From positions 1,178,001 to 1,242,000 of the forward strand of contig JADEYG010000012.1 of assembly GCA_016906335.1 (NCBI GenBank): a DNA stretch of 64,000 nt, read 5' to 3'. Both the position numbers and the translations under genes were made by a program. Under the pieces are notes generated by a model. The model did no database searches. It was not told the DNA's origin and worked only from the letters and a program-made list of their open reading frames with translations. Source of the DNA: Novakomyces olei. Lineage: Eukaryota. Below, one piece after another: positions 35,346 through 49,598 of the stretch (position 1 is the first letter of the stretch; each line of letters opens with the position of its first letter).

Positions 35346-35825
35346 CTAAATGACTGTATCATAGGCGATCGGACGTAAATTCTCGATGGCTACATCCGTC
35401 GTGACCTTGTGCGCTGGACGTGGGCCCACGGGAAGACGCTTTAGTTGTACAGTGGTACCGTTGGCCTTTGCCTCCTTGCGGCGACGCTCATTTTCTTTAA
35501 CGCGGTCAAGGAACTCTTGACGGCACTTTGAGTGCTTAACGTGCTCAATGCGGAGATTGACACGCTTTTGAATGTAACGGTTGCCCACTACTTTGTACAC
35601 AATTACACCGACTGACGATTTTGTGACGTTGTACACAATACCGGTCTTGCCATGATAGTATTTGTGAGGCATGCCCTTTTGCACGGCACCGTTTGCCTTG
35701 ATATCGACGATATCACCGACCTTGTAGGTCTTCAAATAAGTTGACAGACCGATGAGACCATGCTCGCGGAACCCACGGGAGAAAAGATCACGCGTGCGCG
35801 CGCGCAGACCGTACGAGTGCGGCAT
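35346..35825 (-). CDS. RPL21: 60S ribosomal protein L21 (eL21)
   Basis: [17 protein letters not shown]...[13 protein letters not shown]. Confidence 0.97.
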   Translation of the reverse strand: MPHSYGLRARTRDLFSRGFREHGLIGLSTYLKTYKVGDIVDIKANGAVQKGMPHKYYHGKTGIVYNVTKSSVGVIVYKVVGNRYIQKRVNLRIEHVKHSKCRQEFLDRVKENERRRKEAKANGTTVQLKRLPVGPRPAHKVTTDVAIENLRPIAYDTVI

Positions 35826-35900
35826 TGTGATTGACTGTTGTGTGAGTGATTGTGTGGTATGCTCGTATGGCTTGTTTATGGTTTGCGACCGAACGTACCA

Positions 35901-35926
35901 TGTGACTGCTGTTTGCCCTAACCCTG
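35901..35926 (-). promoter_or_regulatory. Homol D box (CAGTCACA) plus Homol E/telo-box-like AGGGTTAGGG upstream of RPL21
   Basis: TGTGACTG at 35901-35908 and CCCTAACCCT at 35916-35925, 76-100 nt upstream of a ribosomal protein ATG. Confidence 0.75.
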
Positions 35927-37550
35927 GATTAGTGTTTGGTTACTGTATCAATATTTTATGTAATATCGTGCATTATTATAATATGCAGGTGAACGAATTA
36001 GTTATTACTTGTATGCCCAAGTGTTCAAGTCGAATCTACTTGCATAGTGCTACTTGGCCAGAATAAGTTGACGGGGCCCGTGAAAGATGAGACTTTGGGA
36101 TAATTATTAAAAAGAGTCGTCCGGGGTAAAGGCGGCTTTGGCATAACTTTTGTGCTCGGTCCTAGAATTCGTCCTGAAGCATCGTAGAAGAACAGGTGAT
36201 CGAGGCAGCAAGAGTTTGTTTGGTCCAGCAATTTCTAGTATTAAGATTCTATTCTACATGGTTGAAATTTAAATTGAGATTTTTCGCGATACAGATTAAG
36301 TGCTAGCCGTTATGTCTGGTCAGCAAAAGTATATTCAATTGCTCACAAATACTCGCAAATTTTGAGGTGAAATAATTCAGAGCATCAAAATAGATTAAGC
36401 TTCACGGAACACCAATTTAGAAGATGAGCTTTAACTATTAACCCTTAACGTAAACCCTTAGTTAATTGACCTAGAAATTTGAATAGTTTTGTCGTCGAAA
36501 ACATTAATGAAACGATTGGACCTCTTGACATGCACAGGCAATGATACTATCTTTTGCATACAAAATTTTCGATCTATAATTACTGCCACGAACAGCTATT
36601 ATCAAAGCTGAACAAAAGCCATTTTGGTGTATATGTCAGAACTGGTGACACTTTTCTTTATGTATTGTTGCACTAACCTTTCAAGTTTGTTTTTCAAACT
36701 ATATCAAAAAATTTCTAAGTTTTGCGTCTTTTGATCGGCTCCAAATGCGATTCGAGGTGATTTAAACATCATAAATGTAAATTCATTCAAACAGCTTATT
36801 TTGGCTACTCGACCTCAATTAAAACCAATTCACGACATATAGCGTCTTGGCTCAAGATGCAAAGTAGATATATTTGCATCCGTATACCGACTCTTATAGC
36901 TAATACAGCTCATTATGAGCCTTGCCGTGCGCCGTAATCGCATTAGAAAGGAAACAAAGATTAGTGGTCCATCACTCAAAAAGAGAAAAGAATTTAAACA
37001 TTTATGATAGTTGTTTACATGGCACGTCCTCAGAAAATTCGGAAAATTACACTATTCCAACCTCTCAAAGATATCTATTTCCTGCCCATCGTGAAAGACG
37101 TGAATAATTTTAAGCCTAACCGACATGCTTCCTTCCGTCTGTCAAGAATTTTCTCGCAGAATTACGAATTTGATAGTAATGAAACAAACGAGATAAAATC
37201 TATCCGCAATAAGAATTGAATTCAAATCAAGTCAGATAGATCTCAAATACTGAAAACCACAGTGAAAACATTGCTGTATAATCTGAACACCATGACACAA
37301 GCTTCGCATACACCAAGGAAAAATGTCAAAGCGATAAGCAAGGCGAGGAAAAGAAAAGGAGAAATGAGAAACGTATAAAACCTAGACTGGGCGTGGTAAA
37401 GAGGCGGAAAAGGGCAAGGGAAAAAATGACGCAAATCTAGAAAGAGACAAAAAACCTGCAAAGAGGTAAAGAATAATAATATTATTCTTTTTTTCTCCCT
37501 TCTTATTTTCATCCTTCTTTTGGTTCCAAGTTTTTCTCTTGTCAAACCCC

Positions 37551-38783
37551 TCAGGCAGGCCCCGTGTAATTGCCCGGAAATACGCCTTCCTTCCCATGAC
37601 AACGACCCGTCCACCATTCGTTCTCGTTATCGGACCGTTGCACGACTTCAATTTTATCTCCTGTTTTGAAGGCTAGATCACCTTCCGCCTGAGGCTCATA
37701 ATCGTACAAGGCAACCCGTAGCTCCTGCATATTAAAAGCGCCAGGTTTCGGGGCCACAGGAGGAGGTGGTGACCGTTTCGCATCCGCTCCGGCCGCCGAC
37801 GTGTAAGGCGAGCCTGTTGGTGGTGGAGAATAAGGAGGAAGACTATCAGTTTCACTTTGCTCCTGGTTGTGTCGGCTAAAAGACCGAGGAGACCCGTACT
37901 TGCTCTCACGTTCACTGTCACGCGAATAACGTCCGCTGATGCTTGCTCGAGCATATTTGCCCTTGCAGATTTGAATAGCCTCTGCCTGATCCTGAATATC
38001 GCCACGTTTTCGCTCAAAGGCTTCCACAATATCCGACTGCAGGTCAAAGTATGGGATCTTGATGTCATGGCACTTTTCGTTTAGTGTCCAGTATACATTG
38101 AGCTGCATGTAGTAAAAGGACTGGAACAAGGGACGAATAAATTCTGTTTCCAACTCAAACAGCTTGGGCAGTTCCTCCTTGAGCATATCGTTAAAGTACT
38201 CGTATTCCTGTGTAGCCTCCTCCAGCTGGTTTTCCGCCTGGTACATTGCACGCTCGTCATTAGCTTTCTTGTCCTTTTTTTCCTGTAATTTCTTGAGCGT
38301 GTGTTTACGGCGATCGTAATCCAACTGCTTGTGCTCTCGCTTAACCGCCATTTTGCGTACGAGTTTAATGATTTTTGTCAGCTCCTCGCACGGCTGAACA
38401 ATGCGTGTTTGGATCATTTCAAGCTCGGGGGCAAGTGCCTCCTGCACGTCACGAACCATGTTTTGGTAGTCTTCACTGGCCTCAATGCCAGCCTGGTTTC
38501 CTTCCGGCTGAGCAGCGTCCGGATCCGACATTCGGCCACTGATAGGCTTATAGATCTCTGCAATAGCTTGAGCAAACCCAATCTGGTGTTGGAGCATAGC
38601 GTTGATTGCGTCCGCATACTTTTTAGAATCTTCGTGCAGCTTTTTGGTCTCTGTCTCGAGCACCTTGAAACGGCGCTCGGCATCCGCATAAATGGGGTCT
38701 TTAGTCATTTCTCCCATATTGAACTTTTGCCGAAACTGCTGCGGAGCCCGCGAGAGGGCTTTCCCAAAGCCCTTAAAACTCAT
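37551..38783 (-). CDS. RVS167: Amphiphysin-like BAR-SH3 protein Rvs167/Hob1
   Basis: MSFKGFGKALSRAPQ BAR start; C-terminal SH3 ALYDYEPQAEGDLAF...WW...GVFPGNY. Confidence 0.95.
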   Translation of the reverse strand: MSFKGFGKALSRAPQQFRQKFNMGEMTKDPIYADAERRFKVLETETKKLHEDSKKYADAINAMLQHQIGFAQAIAEIYKPISGRMSDPDAAQPEGNQAGIEASEDYQNMVRDVQEALAPELEMIQTRIVQPCEELTKIIKLVRKMAVKREHKQLDYDRRKHTLKKLQEKKDKKANDERAMYQAENQLEEATQEYEYFNDMLKEELPKLFELETEFIRPLFQSFYYMQLNVYWTLNEKCHDIKIPYFDLQSDIVEAFERKRGDIQDQAEAIQICKGKYARASISGRYSRDSERESKYGSPRSFSRHNQEQSETDSLPPYSPPPTGSPYTSAAGADAKRSPPPPVAPKPGAFNMQELRVALYDYEPQAEGDLAFKTGDKIEVVQRSDNENEWWTGRCHGKEGVFPGNYTGPA

Positions 38784-38943
38784 TGTGGACGGAGTAAAGG
38801 TTCTTTTGCTGTAACAAAGTTATTTCATAAAATAAAGCCCTTTGATCTCGTTGCAGGCAGTCAAGGTCGGCACCTGCAACAGCGACCGTAGTGCAATTGC
38901 TTCCGCTCGGCCTGTGTTGCTGATTATATACGAGATTTAGTAC

Positions 38944-39214
<271 letters not shown>

Positions 39215-39341
39215 CCGTTACCGCTGCACATCTGGGGCAGAGTGATCTATTGAAGACGCGAAAAGTATGATGAAATGGTGCATTGCTCGGTCGAGCAAAA
39301 GCATTTACGCAGAAACTTGAAGTGATTTTCGCAATGCTGAC

Positions 39342-42300
39342 ATGAGTCAAGAACGGCAAAGGAGCGATACAGACGCTGTGTCATCGTCGCCATCCAATGA
39401 CGTTAAAGCGAACGAGTCAGGAGCGACCGCAGAAATGGACGTAGATACACGCTCCGATCAGCCTGACCAGGGCCTCAAAGGCGATTCTAATAGCCAAGAC
39501 AAATTGCTATTGAACGAGGCTGGTCAAGGTGGTGATGAAGCTGGAGCTGTAGGCAAAGAGCCACCTACAGAGGCGAAAGCGCAAAATGGGGACGCCGATA
39601 CGAGTCCAGCCATTGATCAGTGGCACAAGCAGGAGATGGATCGTGAGCAGAGCCGTGAGCGGCCGTGGACGGAAGGCGACGGGTCAGAGCCAAGAGAATT
39701 GACGGGTATTAATAACGGTGAAGAGGCAGGCCAAGACGGAGACAGGCTCGAACTACTTGCTGGTCCGAGCGCGGCAAGTATAGACGGCCGAGTCCAAGGC
39801 GGGGAGCGTGCCAGAGCCGCACAAAACGAAAACGATGTCGGGGACAAAAGTGCACTGCAATCCGCCGGAGAGACGTTTGAGACGTTTGATCAAAGTGGAA
39901 GTGGAGACTATGGAGAGCAAGGCCAAAATGACGAGAATAGTCTGGACAGTGAACGAGCTGAGGCCAAAGTGAAAGAGCCTCATGCTGGAGAACAAGAGAC
40001 AGAGGACACGGAATCAGACTCAGAGTCTGAGGAGCCTATTCTCAAGTACTCTCGGCTGCACGGCGACGCAGAATCGGCAATGGCCTCGGATGCAATGTCG
40101 GCAATTGCCGTCACTGCAGAGTTCATTGTCCTTGGTTCTCACAATGGAGTTCTCTACATCTTCAACCACGACGGGACGTCTGTCGTTCGAGCTCAAGCAC
40201 ATGCGGCTACCATCTACGATATCTCCTTCGACTTGGCTGGCGAGCACGTGGCCACTGCTTCCCTCGATGGCAATGTCGTCATCTTTCACATTCGTACTCG
40301 AGAAGCACACAAGCTTACTTACTCGAGGCCAGTAAGAGCAGTAGCAATTGACCCCATGTACAGTGCAGCGGGGACGCGTCGGGTTGCCAGTGGCGGACTG
40401 GCGGGCCGACTCGTAATGCACGAGCGAACTTGGCTCGGATCCAGGGAGAGCACTTTGCACAGTGGCCAGGGCCCTATAATGGAGCTTGCTTGGAGAAACG
40501 AGTACATTGCTTGGGCAAACGATGCAGGAGTGCACTTGTACCACGTCGGAGCCGGTCGGCGTGTCTTCTCAGCCGATCGGACTGCAGGCGAAACAGCCCG
40601 GGCCGATTTGCACAGGTGCCGGCTCGGCTGGCCCGAGCCGGACCTGCTTGTTATCGGGTGGGGGTTCACTGTCTCTGTCCTGCGGGTCACCAGCGTCCCC
40701 GGAAGTGTAGTGCCGAGTGTGAGTATCGAGAGGGCTCTTCGACTGGATGCGCTTGTGGCAGGAGTGCATTTAATGCCGCCTTTTACCATTGTACTGGCCT
40801 ATTGTGAAGCAGACAGAGCTGATTTAAACAGAGCTGATCTAAACAGAGCTGATCTAAACAGAGCTGATCTAAACAGAGCTAATTCAAATACAAAGAATGA
40901 TTCAAATCCCAAATCAAGTGTAATGTCTAAACGGGCGAGGACGGATGTGCCTCCAGAGGTGAGGGTAATAAAAGACAAGGAAGAAGTTGCGAGTGACTCT
41001 GTGCCAGTGAGGGACTACACGCATCTGCTGGCGAATGACTATGCTCTGGCCTGTACGCCAGACGGCACAGCCCTCTTTCTACAGAGTCCACATGATTTAG
41101 TAGTGGCCCGGCAGCGGGACGGGTACGACAGGCTGGATTGGCTCGTGCAGCAAGACGAGTACGAAAAAGCTCTTGCTCTCTGCTCTCAGCTGCCGGCGGA
41201 TAGCGGCCGTAAGGGCCAGAGCGAGCACTCTGTCCGGTCCGCCTGGCTGGCTTACTTGGTCCAGGCAAAGGCCTACAGGACGATTGTGAGCCGTTCTGAC
41301 CAATTGCTCAGCCGCCATGTGGACCTGTGGGACGAGGCAGTACAATTTTTGCTGCAAAACAGTCCTCGGCAGTTGGACTCGCTCCGTCTTCCGACAGAGC
41401 CGCCGCTGAGCCGGAGTGTATACGACGCCTATCTCGCTCATCTCGCTGGGCACAATACTGCCGTACTGAAGCAGTGCATTTTACACTGGCCGCGGGCTAT
41501 CTACTCACAGCCTGCGCTTATCAGCCGCCTCGAGCACTTGCTGGACGAGGTTGCCTACTCTCAGGATCTGGCGGACAGTCTGGCGGACCTGTACATCGGC
41601 GAAGGCCGTCCGCAGATGGCTCTGCCACTGATCCTCGAAGCGAGGAGAGCCGACGCTATCGACGTTGTGGAGCGGTACAATTTGTATGAGCCCTTACGAG
41701 GGTACGTGCACGCTTTTGCCACTCTTCCAGAGATAGATGAAGGAGAAAGAGAAAGAAGGGGAGCAGTAGAAAGAGAAAGAAAAGGAGCAGTAGAAACAGC
41801 AACAGAAACAGAAACAAAAACAGAAACAGAAACAGAAAGAAAGGGAGCAACAAAAGGAGCAACAGAAACAGAAACAAAAGGAGCAACAAAAGGAGCAACA
41901 AAAGGAGCAACAGAAACAGAAACAAAAGGAACAGTAGAAACAAAATCAAAAGGAACAGTAGAAACAAAATCAAAAAGAGCAGCAGAAACAGAAACAAAAA
42001 CAGCAAATAAAGCAAAAACAACAGCAAAAAGAGCAGTAGAAACAGCAACAAAAACAACGTCTAGCGAGGCAGAGGGAAACAAGAGAGCATTGCGAGTGCT
42101 CTGTGCGCACGTGCACGCACTGCCACCGCCACTTGTGCTGAAAGAGCTCGAGTCTCCACGGCTGCAGTACCATTACTTGAGGCAATTGGTAGAGCAAGCG
42201 CCCGAGCAGACTCGGCACGTGGCCGATGCTGTTGTTGCCAGGTTTGCCGAGTACGATGAGCCTGCTCTGCACAATTTTCTCGAGCAAACTGCCTCTGTCT

Positions 42301-43166
42301 ACGACCTCGGCCGCGCTTACACGGCCGTTGCCAGCCACGGCCTTTTGCGTCAGCAGGTCTACCTGCTCTCGCGGATGGGCCGCAGCGTAGAGGCGCTCTC
42401 GCTCCTGCTCAGAGAGGGCAGTATGGCCTCGGCTGTCGAGTTTGTCAAGCAGGCTGCCACTGGCTCTGCTAGTATATCTACTGGCTCTGCTGGCTCTGCT
42501 GGCTCTACTAGAGCCAGTGGCTCTACTGCTATATCTACTAAAGCTAGTGGCTCTACTAGTAAATCTAGTGGCTCTGCTACTAGAGCCAGTGGCTCTGGCT
42601 CTATTACTAAATCTACTAGAGACAGGCACCCGGCAGTGGTCGATATGGAGCTGTGGAATATCCTCATCGACTATGCCATCCAGGACGGCGGCCGAGTCAG
42701 GTTCCTGCTGCAGGCGCTGGGCACTAATTTGGCTCCAGGAGCAGCGGCAGTAGTGGCCACGTCGCTCGTAAGACGGCTGCAGGCTGGGATCTGTGTACGT
42801 GACGTAAGGCCGTCGCTCGTCTCCCTGTTCCAGGCCTTTTCGTCTCTCGCTGCAGTGGCCCGTGACGGAGCCAATTTGCACGCTCTGGAGAGCAATGCTC
42901 TCTCTACTAGACTCCGCCGAGGCCAACATAGAGGCAGACTCGTCTCTACGGCAGCAGTTGATTTAGCTCAAGAGCCAGACACCCGCCTGCCGGAACGGAC
43001 GGGGCTCGTTGTCTACTTTGCCGGACCCACTTTGCTCCCGGCACAGCTGACGCTGGACGCTGAGGCCAGTGCTCTGCCGGCCTACGCTGGGTTTGGCAGT
43101 AAAGTTTCCCAGGCTGCGCTACTACGTGGCCGCGCTTCAGACGCGTTGCAGCGCTGGCGCAGTTTA

Positions 43167-43169
<3 letters not shown>
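39342..43169 (+). CDS. VPS41: HOPS subunit Vps41 with an acidic N-terminal extension and low-complexity insertions
   Basis: EEPILKYSRL, LGSHNG, ATASLDG, RPVRAVAIDP, SGGLAG, WLG, IAWANDAGV, clathrin-repeat-like VYLLSRMG. Confidence 0.88.
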
Positions 43170-43576
<407 letters not shown>

Positions 43577-43847
43577 CATAATAATCATAGGAATATGCGG
43601 TTCATTATGCGGTTCATTATTTATCATTATTTATTAAAGCCAAATATAGTAAGTAGCATTATCATTTTTTAAATAATAATAATAACAATTAATAAATCGG
43701 CGACCACCTTGGAGCACTAATGCGGCGCCCATTCTACACGTTTACCCCACATTTCCCTTTGGCAAAACTTGTGAATTTATTTACTATTTTACTGTGCAAC
43801 ATGCGTGGTCGTATACTCGTCGTTAATAATACAATGACGCAACGCTT

Positions 43848-46044
43848 TCAGCGGGCATGACCGTTCGGCGAGCCGAGGGCACTGACGTTTGTGCTGGACG
43901 AATGGCGCTTCAAGCGCAGCGGCATCTTCCACTCTTGCTCGCCTTCCTCCTCGTCAGCGTTGCCGAGGCGGTAGCCGTGGTAGTCGTCTGTGGAAAGGCC
44001 CTGCAGGTCTTCCTGCAGTGTCGCCATATCTCCTGGCGTCATAACGCCGCTCAGGAACCGAGGTGAGGCGGGTGCAGAGAGCGGAGGGGGCACCTTGATC
44101 GTGCTGGGCAAGATACTGTCAATATCGTCTGCGCCAGCGTCTCCGCCATTGGCAAAGGACTCTGGATAGGCTCTGTGCAGAGCCAACTGCCGTGCCTTTA
44201 CGTACTCGAGACCCATCATTTTCCAGTCGAGAAACTCAGAGAGCCGTTCGCAGCGGTTACGCTGGTTAATACGCTGTCGGCGAGTGCGCTTGGTGAACCT
44301 AAACATACAGTCTGTCAGCTGATTGACGCTCTCGTCGATAGAGCAGGAGCGCCGGTCCACGATGTAGATGCCATAGTCGGTAGGGTTTTCGATTAAATCG
44401 TCCATGTAGCACCCAAACCCAGACAGGTTTGTCGTAATACTCGGGATGCCCATAACCGTACACTCTGCGGGAGTGTACCCCCACGGCTCATAGTACGAAG
44501 GGAAGACGCCGAGGTGGCAGCCCCTAACAAAGTCGTCATAGTCGAGAGGCAGGATAGGGTTATTAGCGTTGAGAAACTCTGGGTGAAAGATGATCTTGAC
44601 CCTATCCTGGCGGCTGTTGAACAGACGGATCCTGCGGATCTGGTTCAGCACGGGATCCTCACTGTCATTCACCATATTGTGAGTGACAACTGGAGGCAGA
44701 GAGTGCCGAATGAGCCCATAGGCTCTGCGCTTGAGCATAATCTTTTCCTGGCCCGTAAGCAGCTCAGCAGCGTCTGGCACTTCAGTATTAGGCTCGCCCG
44801 AGTACCGGGCAGCTCGTTCAAAGATACGGCGGCCGATACTGCGCTGGATAGACTCGACCGTCTGCTGAAGGCTGTGCATTACAGCCTGGCCCTTGAGCGT
44901 CTCTGACGTATAAGAGTGGTTTGGAGCCGGCATAATGATAAAGGCAACGACAGTCATGCCACTGTTCTCCCGCTGCAGACGGTAGTTGAGCCGGGCCAGC
45001 GATTCGAGAAACATGTCCACGCCCTTGTTGCGGAACTCGTAGCGGCCGGCAATGAAAAAGTAGAGAGTGTTGTCCAGGTCAAAGTCATAGTGCCCGTAGA
45101 AATGGCCACGTACAAACTCGTTGATTTTTTCTTTGGCCACAGCGTGCAGGTTCTGGAACTCGTGCACAGCCTGGAACTTTACCACGTTCATTCCGTTCGG
45201 CAGTACACCGTCCGGCTTACGCTTGAGCAGGTGTTCGCTCTCGTAAGCGGTTATATGGCTCACAGTAGTGAAAACGTCACACGTGTGTGCCGCTGCCCGC
45301 TCTATACAATAGCGGTGGTAAATGCCGCGCTTACCGGCTTCACCGTCAACGTCAAAGTTTTGCAAATTGTTGTACAGGTCCACTGACCCGGCACAGAGGT
45401 ACCGTCCAAGTATCGTTGCGTGCGTAGTAAAGATAGTGGTACAGTCGATCTTGCGGCGGCGGCAGAGCGGCAGCGCAACACCAGCGAGCCACTCGTGGCA
45501 GTGCACTACGACTGCGTGCTCTCTGTCCTGAGCAACAAACTCGCCAACGAACCAGGCAACGAGGTACCCAAACACGACTGCGTCATTCGCCTCAAAGTCG
45601 CCCTCCGGCAATGGGATTCCGGCAGTGCTCCACAGATCGGACTTCCACTCGCCGAGGAAGGCGAAGCCGGAAGGCATATCAAACAACAGCACCCGAGGCG
45701 CTCCCTCAATCAGCCATCGGCCATAAGTGTACCGCACTCCCCGAGCCTCCATGGCCCGCAGCGTCCTGTGCAGTGCGGGGAAACCTTCCGTTCCGAGCGG
45801 CTCTACTTCCAAGTTTTGGTGCTCAAGGTTCGTGCGGCCAATGGCCACGTACCGCTGCGTATCATACTCGCTCGCTGTCACTGGCGCCTTTGACTTGAGC
45901 ACAGAGTATATGCCGCCCACTGGCAAAGTTAGTACTGTGCCATTTTGGAATGGGTGTGACACGAGTCCACGCGTCCTTCTTACCGCGATTGGCTACTTCG
46001 GTGGACACTTCAAACAGAATATGGTCTCGTACATCGCGGCCCAT
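43848..46044 (-). CDS. GSY1: Glycogen synthase (GT3)
   Basis: [26 protein letters not shown] across intron 45920-45983; [15 protein letters not shown]. Confidence 0.96.
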
Positions 46045-47226
46045 GGTGACGGATGGTAAAGCGGGGAAGGTGTAGATGTATATATATATATATATATAAT
46101 AAAAATATATATGTGAATAAAACTACATATGTGTATAATAAATATATGTCTATGATATAAATATATATGTGAATAATATAATATATGTGTGAATAATATA
46201 ATATACGTGTTTAATAAAGATATATGTGCAAATTTAATATAAATTGGTGTACAATAAAGATATACATGTGTAATATAAAGCTTTATATATACGTACAATA
46301 TAGTATAATGTACTGGTCGCACCGGCTGTTTGGTCCGTAGGAAGCGAGTGAGCAGTTCATGTGTGATGTAATCGGCTCTGCTATTCTTACATTATCGCAA
46401 TATTCTTGCAGTATTTGTCTGCATTAGTCTGTATATCCTTGTATATTCTTGCATCTTTGCACACTCTTTCTCGCACTCTTTCTCGCACTCTTTCACACAC
46501 ATTCTTGCGTGCTACAAACCAACCAAATTGTTGTTTACCTCGTGTATCACTCATATTATCCTATATTATGCTGTATCCTATATTATGCTGTATCCTATAT
46601 CCTATATTTTCACTATCCTATAATATATCCTATATTATCGTATCCTACATCCTATATTGTCCTACAGGTGCGTGAATCCCAAAATAATCTCTCCAACTGC
46701 CGAATCGGTGACTCGCCGCATACGGACGGTCGTCGGTGCAACGTGCCCGATGCGGACGGGTCTCGGCCCCGAGTGGTGACCGGACATGACGAGATTCTTA
46801 TAGAGCTCTGGTTGGGATAATGTAAGGGTAAAACAATTGTGTTTGATCGACGAGGGTAAAGTCGACGGTATAGGGGATTGTGCCACTGTGGATGTTAGGC
46901 ACAATGGCTCCAATACACCGCTGTACTCTTACTCAAGCAAGATTATGCAAGATTATGGGGTAAAATAGCGAGTAGAATGGGATAGCAAGTAGTATGGGGT
47001 AAAATAGCGGTAGTATGGGGTAAAATTGAGGCGCTGTTTGTTGACACGGTAATATTAGTTGTCGTTGGCTCTGCACGAGTGCGTGGGAATGTTTGCGGAG
47101 CGAAATCAGTTAATCTGATTAGTGCAATTAGCCATGTAATATTCCTGCTCTTGTGTCGAGTACGATTGTTGACACCTTGGCATAATAGTGGATGTAACAG
47201 CTGTACAGGTTGACTGTGATAGGTTG

Positions 47227-47511
47227 TGATTGTAATAGTTTTGATTGTAATAGTTTCTGATAGCTACTGATCGTAATAGTTTCTGATAGTAATAGCTACT
47301 GATTGTAATAGCTAATGATTGTAATAGTTCTGATTGTAATAGTTTCTGACTATAATAGTTCTGATTGAGATAGCTACTGATTGTAATAGTTCTGATTGAG
47401 ATAGTTTCTGACTGTAATAGTTTCTGATTGTCATAGTTCTGATTGTAATAGCTACTGATAGTAATAGCTACTGATTGTAATAGCTATTGACTGTTTTCGA
47501 TAGTAATAGCT
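47227..47511. repeat. Degenerate 15-16 bp minisatellite (TGATTGTAATAGTT(T)C / TGATTGTAATAGCTAC)
   Basis: Visible tandem array downstream of SFT2. Confidence 0.9.
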
Positions 47512-47692
47512 GTACCAAGAGCTATACTGATTGCAAGTATTGCATAGACAAGGCAAATGCGTAATCTCGAGTATGACAAGAGCACAATCCAAGACGCTAA
47601 TACATATGCTGCACTGTCTAGAGCATTCAGACTCAAATTTATAACTATCCTTTTATTTTTCTTCTTTTGTATGATATTTGGAGCGTGTACGG

Positions 47693-48657
47693 CTACTCGC
47701 TAAAGTAGCCAGTCACCCGGCGCAGGAGAAACCGGCCACCAAAAGCCATACCCTGCGAACCGAGAGGGAAGTAAGAGACCAAGTACCAAAGCAGACACAC
47801 AACCTGGACCACACCGCTGATTAAAGTGAGGATTGTGCTGCGCAGCTGCAACGTGTTAGCCAACGATAAATGCAGGAAACTGTGTAAAGTGAATTAGAAG
47901 TGTAAAAAAACGGAGGATCAACAGCTATGCTGGCCAAATTTGAGCAATAAAATCGAGCAAAACTAATTGAGCAATACACACTGAGCAGGAGACCAGTTCG
48001 ACAACGACGAGAAAAAATGAACAAATTGGTAGTTGAATAGAGCAAAATCTAGTTACGACTTGACACATACGCCGATAGAAAAATAAAGTGTTAGAGCGAG
48101 CGAGCCAATATAGGCTCCAGTGAAGGGAAGCCGCTCTTTGCTCGTCAAATGGCGGGCATACGCCAACGGCCCTTGCAAAGCGGCAAAGCTAGAGTTAATA
48201 CTGCAATCTTGGAAGTGCAACTTACGAGCAGAGGAAAAGCAAGCTCCCTACCGTCCACAAGCTTACAAACTTGCGAGGTCTCAAGGCCAGCACCGGTGCC
48301 AATAGGAAAGCTAGCAGGAAGCAGACTGCCGCGCCGGCAATGCAAGCAAAAAATATCAGCAGCCGATCCCAGCGCGATAAAGCAAAGTATGCTTCTTCTT
48401 CGACTTCCGCATCTCGTGCGGGTAAAGACGCTCCGACGGAAGAGTCACGGTTACTCGTGGGCAGCTGCATGTAACCATGGCCGCCAACGTTCTTGAATGG
48501 ATTCCATTTATTCCAGGCGGAAGAGATCGCACTTCCACCGCTGTCTGTATTGGCAGTAGACGATGTACGCGTCCACCGAATCGCGTCCAGTTGTGACGCA
48601 AACGAGCTTTGCTGTCGGTCAGACACGGCAGGACTTGCGGCTTCTTACCTGAGCCAT
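47693..48657 (-). CDS. SFT2: Got1/Sft2 family Golgi membrane protein
   Basis: Introns 48612-48648, 48189-48225, 47846-48070; [38 protein letters not shown]. Confidence 0.92.
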
Positions 48658-49175
48658 TTGGCTACGTCAGACAAGCTGTTACATGTACAATGAGCTCGCA
48701 GGATGAACCGTATTTTTTACGGGCTAGGCTTGTATATACGTATTATATTACTGTGTTATATATACTATATTTATTGAATATTTTAATGTATTTGTGCTTG
48801 ATTTTAAATATATAATATATAATATTTTTTATATAATATTTTATATATAATATTTTACATATAATATTTTATATATAGTATCTTTATTGTATAAACTCGA
48901 TAATATAGCGCGCGCATAATAAAGCAGCAAGCGCCAACAGTTTCCCAAGTTTATACTGTACGTCATAATAGAGAGAGCAATAGCCAAAAGTTTCATTATG
49001 TATTCGTACCATTTTTAAAGTTACAATCACACTATCGTGGTCTATTATAACATTAATATAACATTACAGATATTCACTGACCACGATTTAAGAATAATAA
49101 TCATCATTACCTGATCACAAGTCACTGTTGGGTTTCAGAGACAAGGGCATACTTAGCGACGGTACTTATTCGGCA

Positions 49176-49598
49176 ATGTCTGGTCGCAGTCCTCAGCGTG
49201 GAGAAATCGACCGGCGTACAGAACAGACTGCAGATGTAGCCACTCGTGGATTCCTCGTTGGTGCCGGTAAAGGCGGGCTAGTGGGTACTTTTTTGCTCGG
49301 GACAGCACAAGCTTTCTCTCCGCGGTTCCAAAGGTTTACTGTCGCCTTTAAGGTATGCACTTTTTAGTATGGCTCTTTACTAATTTACAGGGATTTTTAT
49401 TCATGTCATGTATGGCTCGCGTTTCCCAATTGTTTCTTTCCCAGCTGGTTTATGCCTTTTTTGTTTCTTGCAACTAATCTCGCAGGCTGCATCGTTGGCG
49501 CTGTTTGGCAATCAGACAGAGACGTCTTTGCCCTTGAGGCACAACGTCGATACGCTGACATTCATCTTCAAAAGCGCTCGGCCAGCGCGCCGCCTTGA
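49176..49598 (+). CDS. RCF3: Small mitochondrial Rcf3-like (Rcf2 N-terminal-like) protein, 3 exons including a 19-nt exon
   Basis: Introns 49353-49390 and 49410-49485 give ATRGFLVGAGKGG..SPRFQRFTVAFK/GFLFMS/CCIVGAVWQSDRDV. Confidence 0.65.

Noticed and set aside
35835-35901. Apparent ATG|GTACGT...CAG 5' intron of RPL21
   Set aside because: The ATG overlaps the Homol D box, which normally lies upstream of the TSS, and there is no good branch site; not fully excluded
36015-36235. Possible H/ACA snoRNA (hairpin plus AGAATA) or SRP-like CAGG..GCAGCA
   Set aside because: No convincing second hairpin with ACA, no recognisable target, no GNRA-capped helix 8
47227-47511. CRISPR-like array
   Set aside because: Eukaryotic context; contiguous degenerate units without unique spacers
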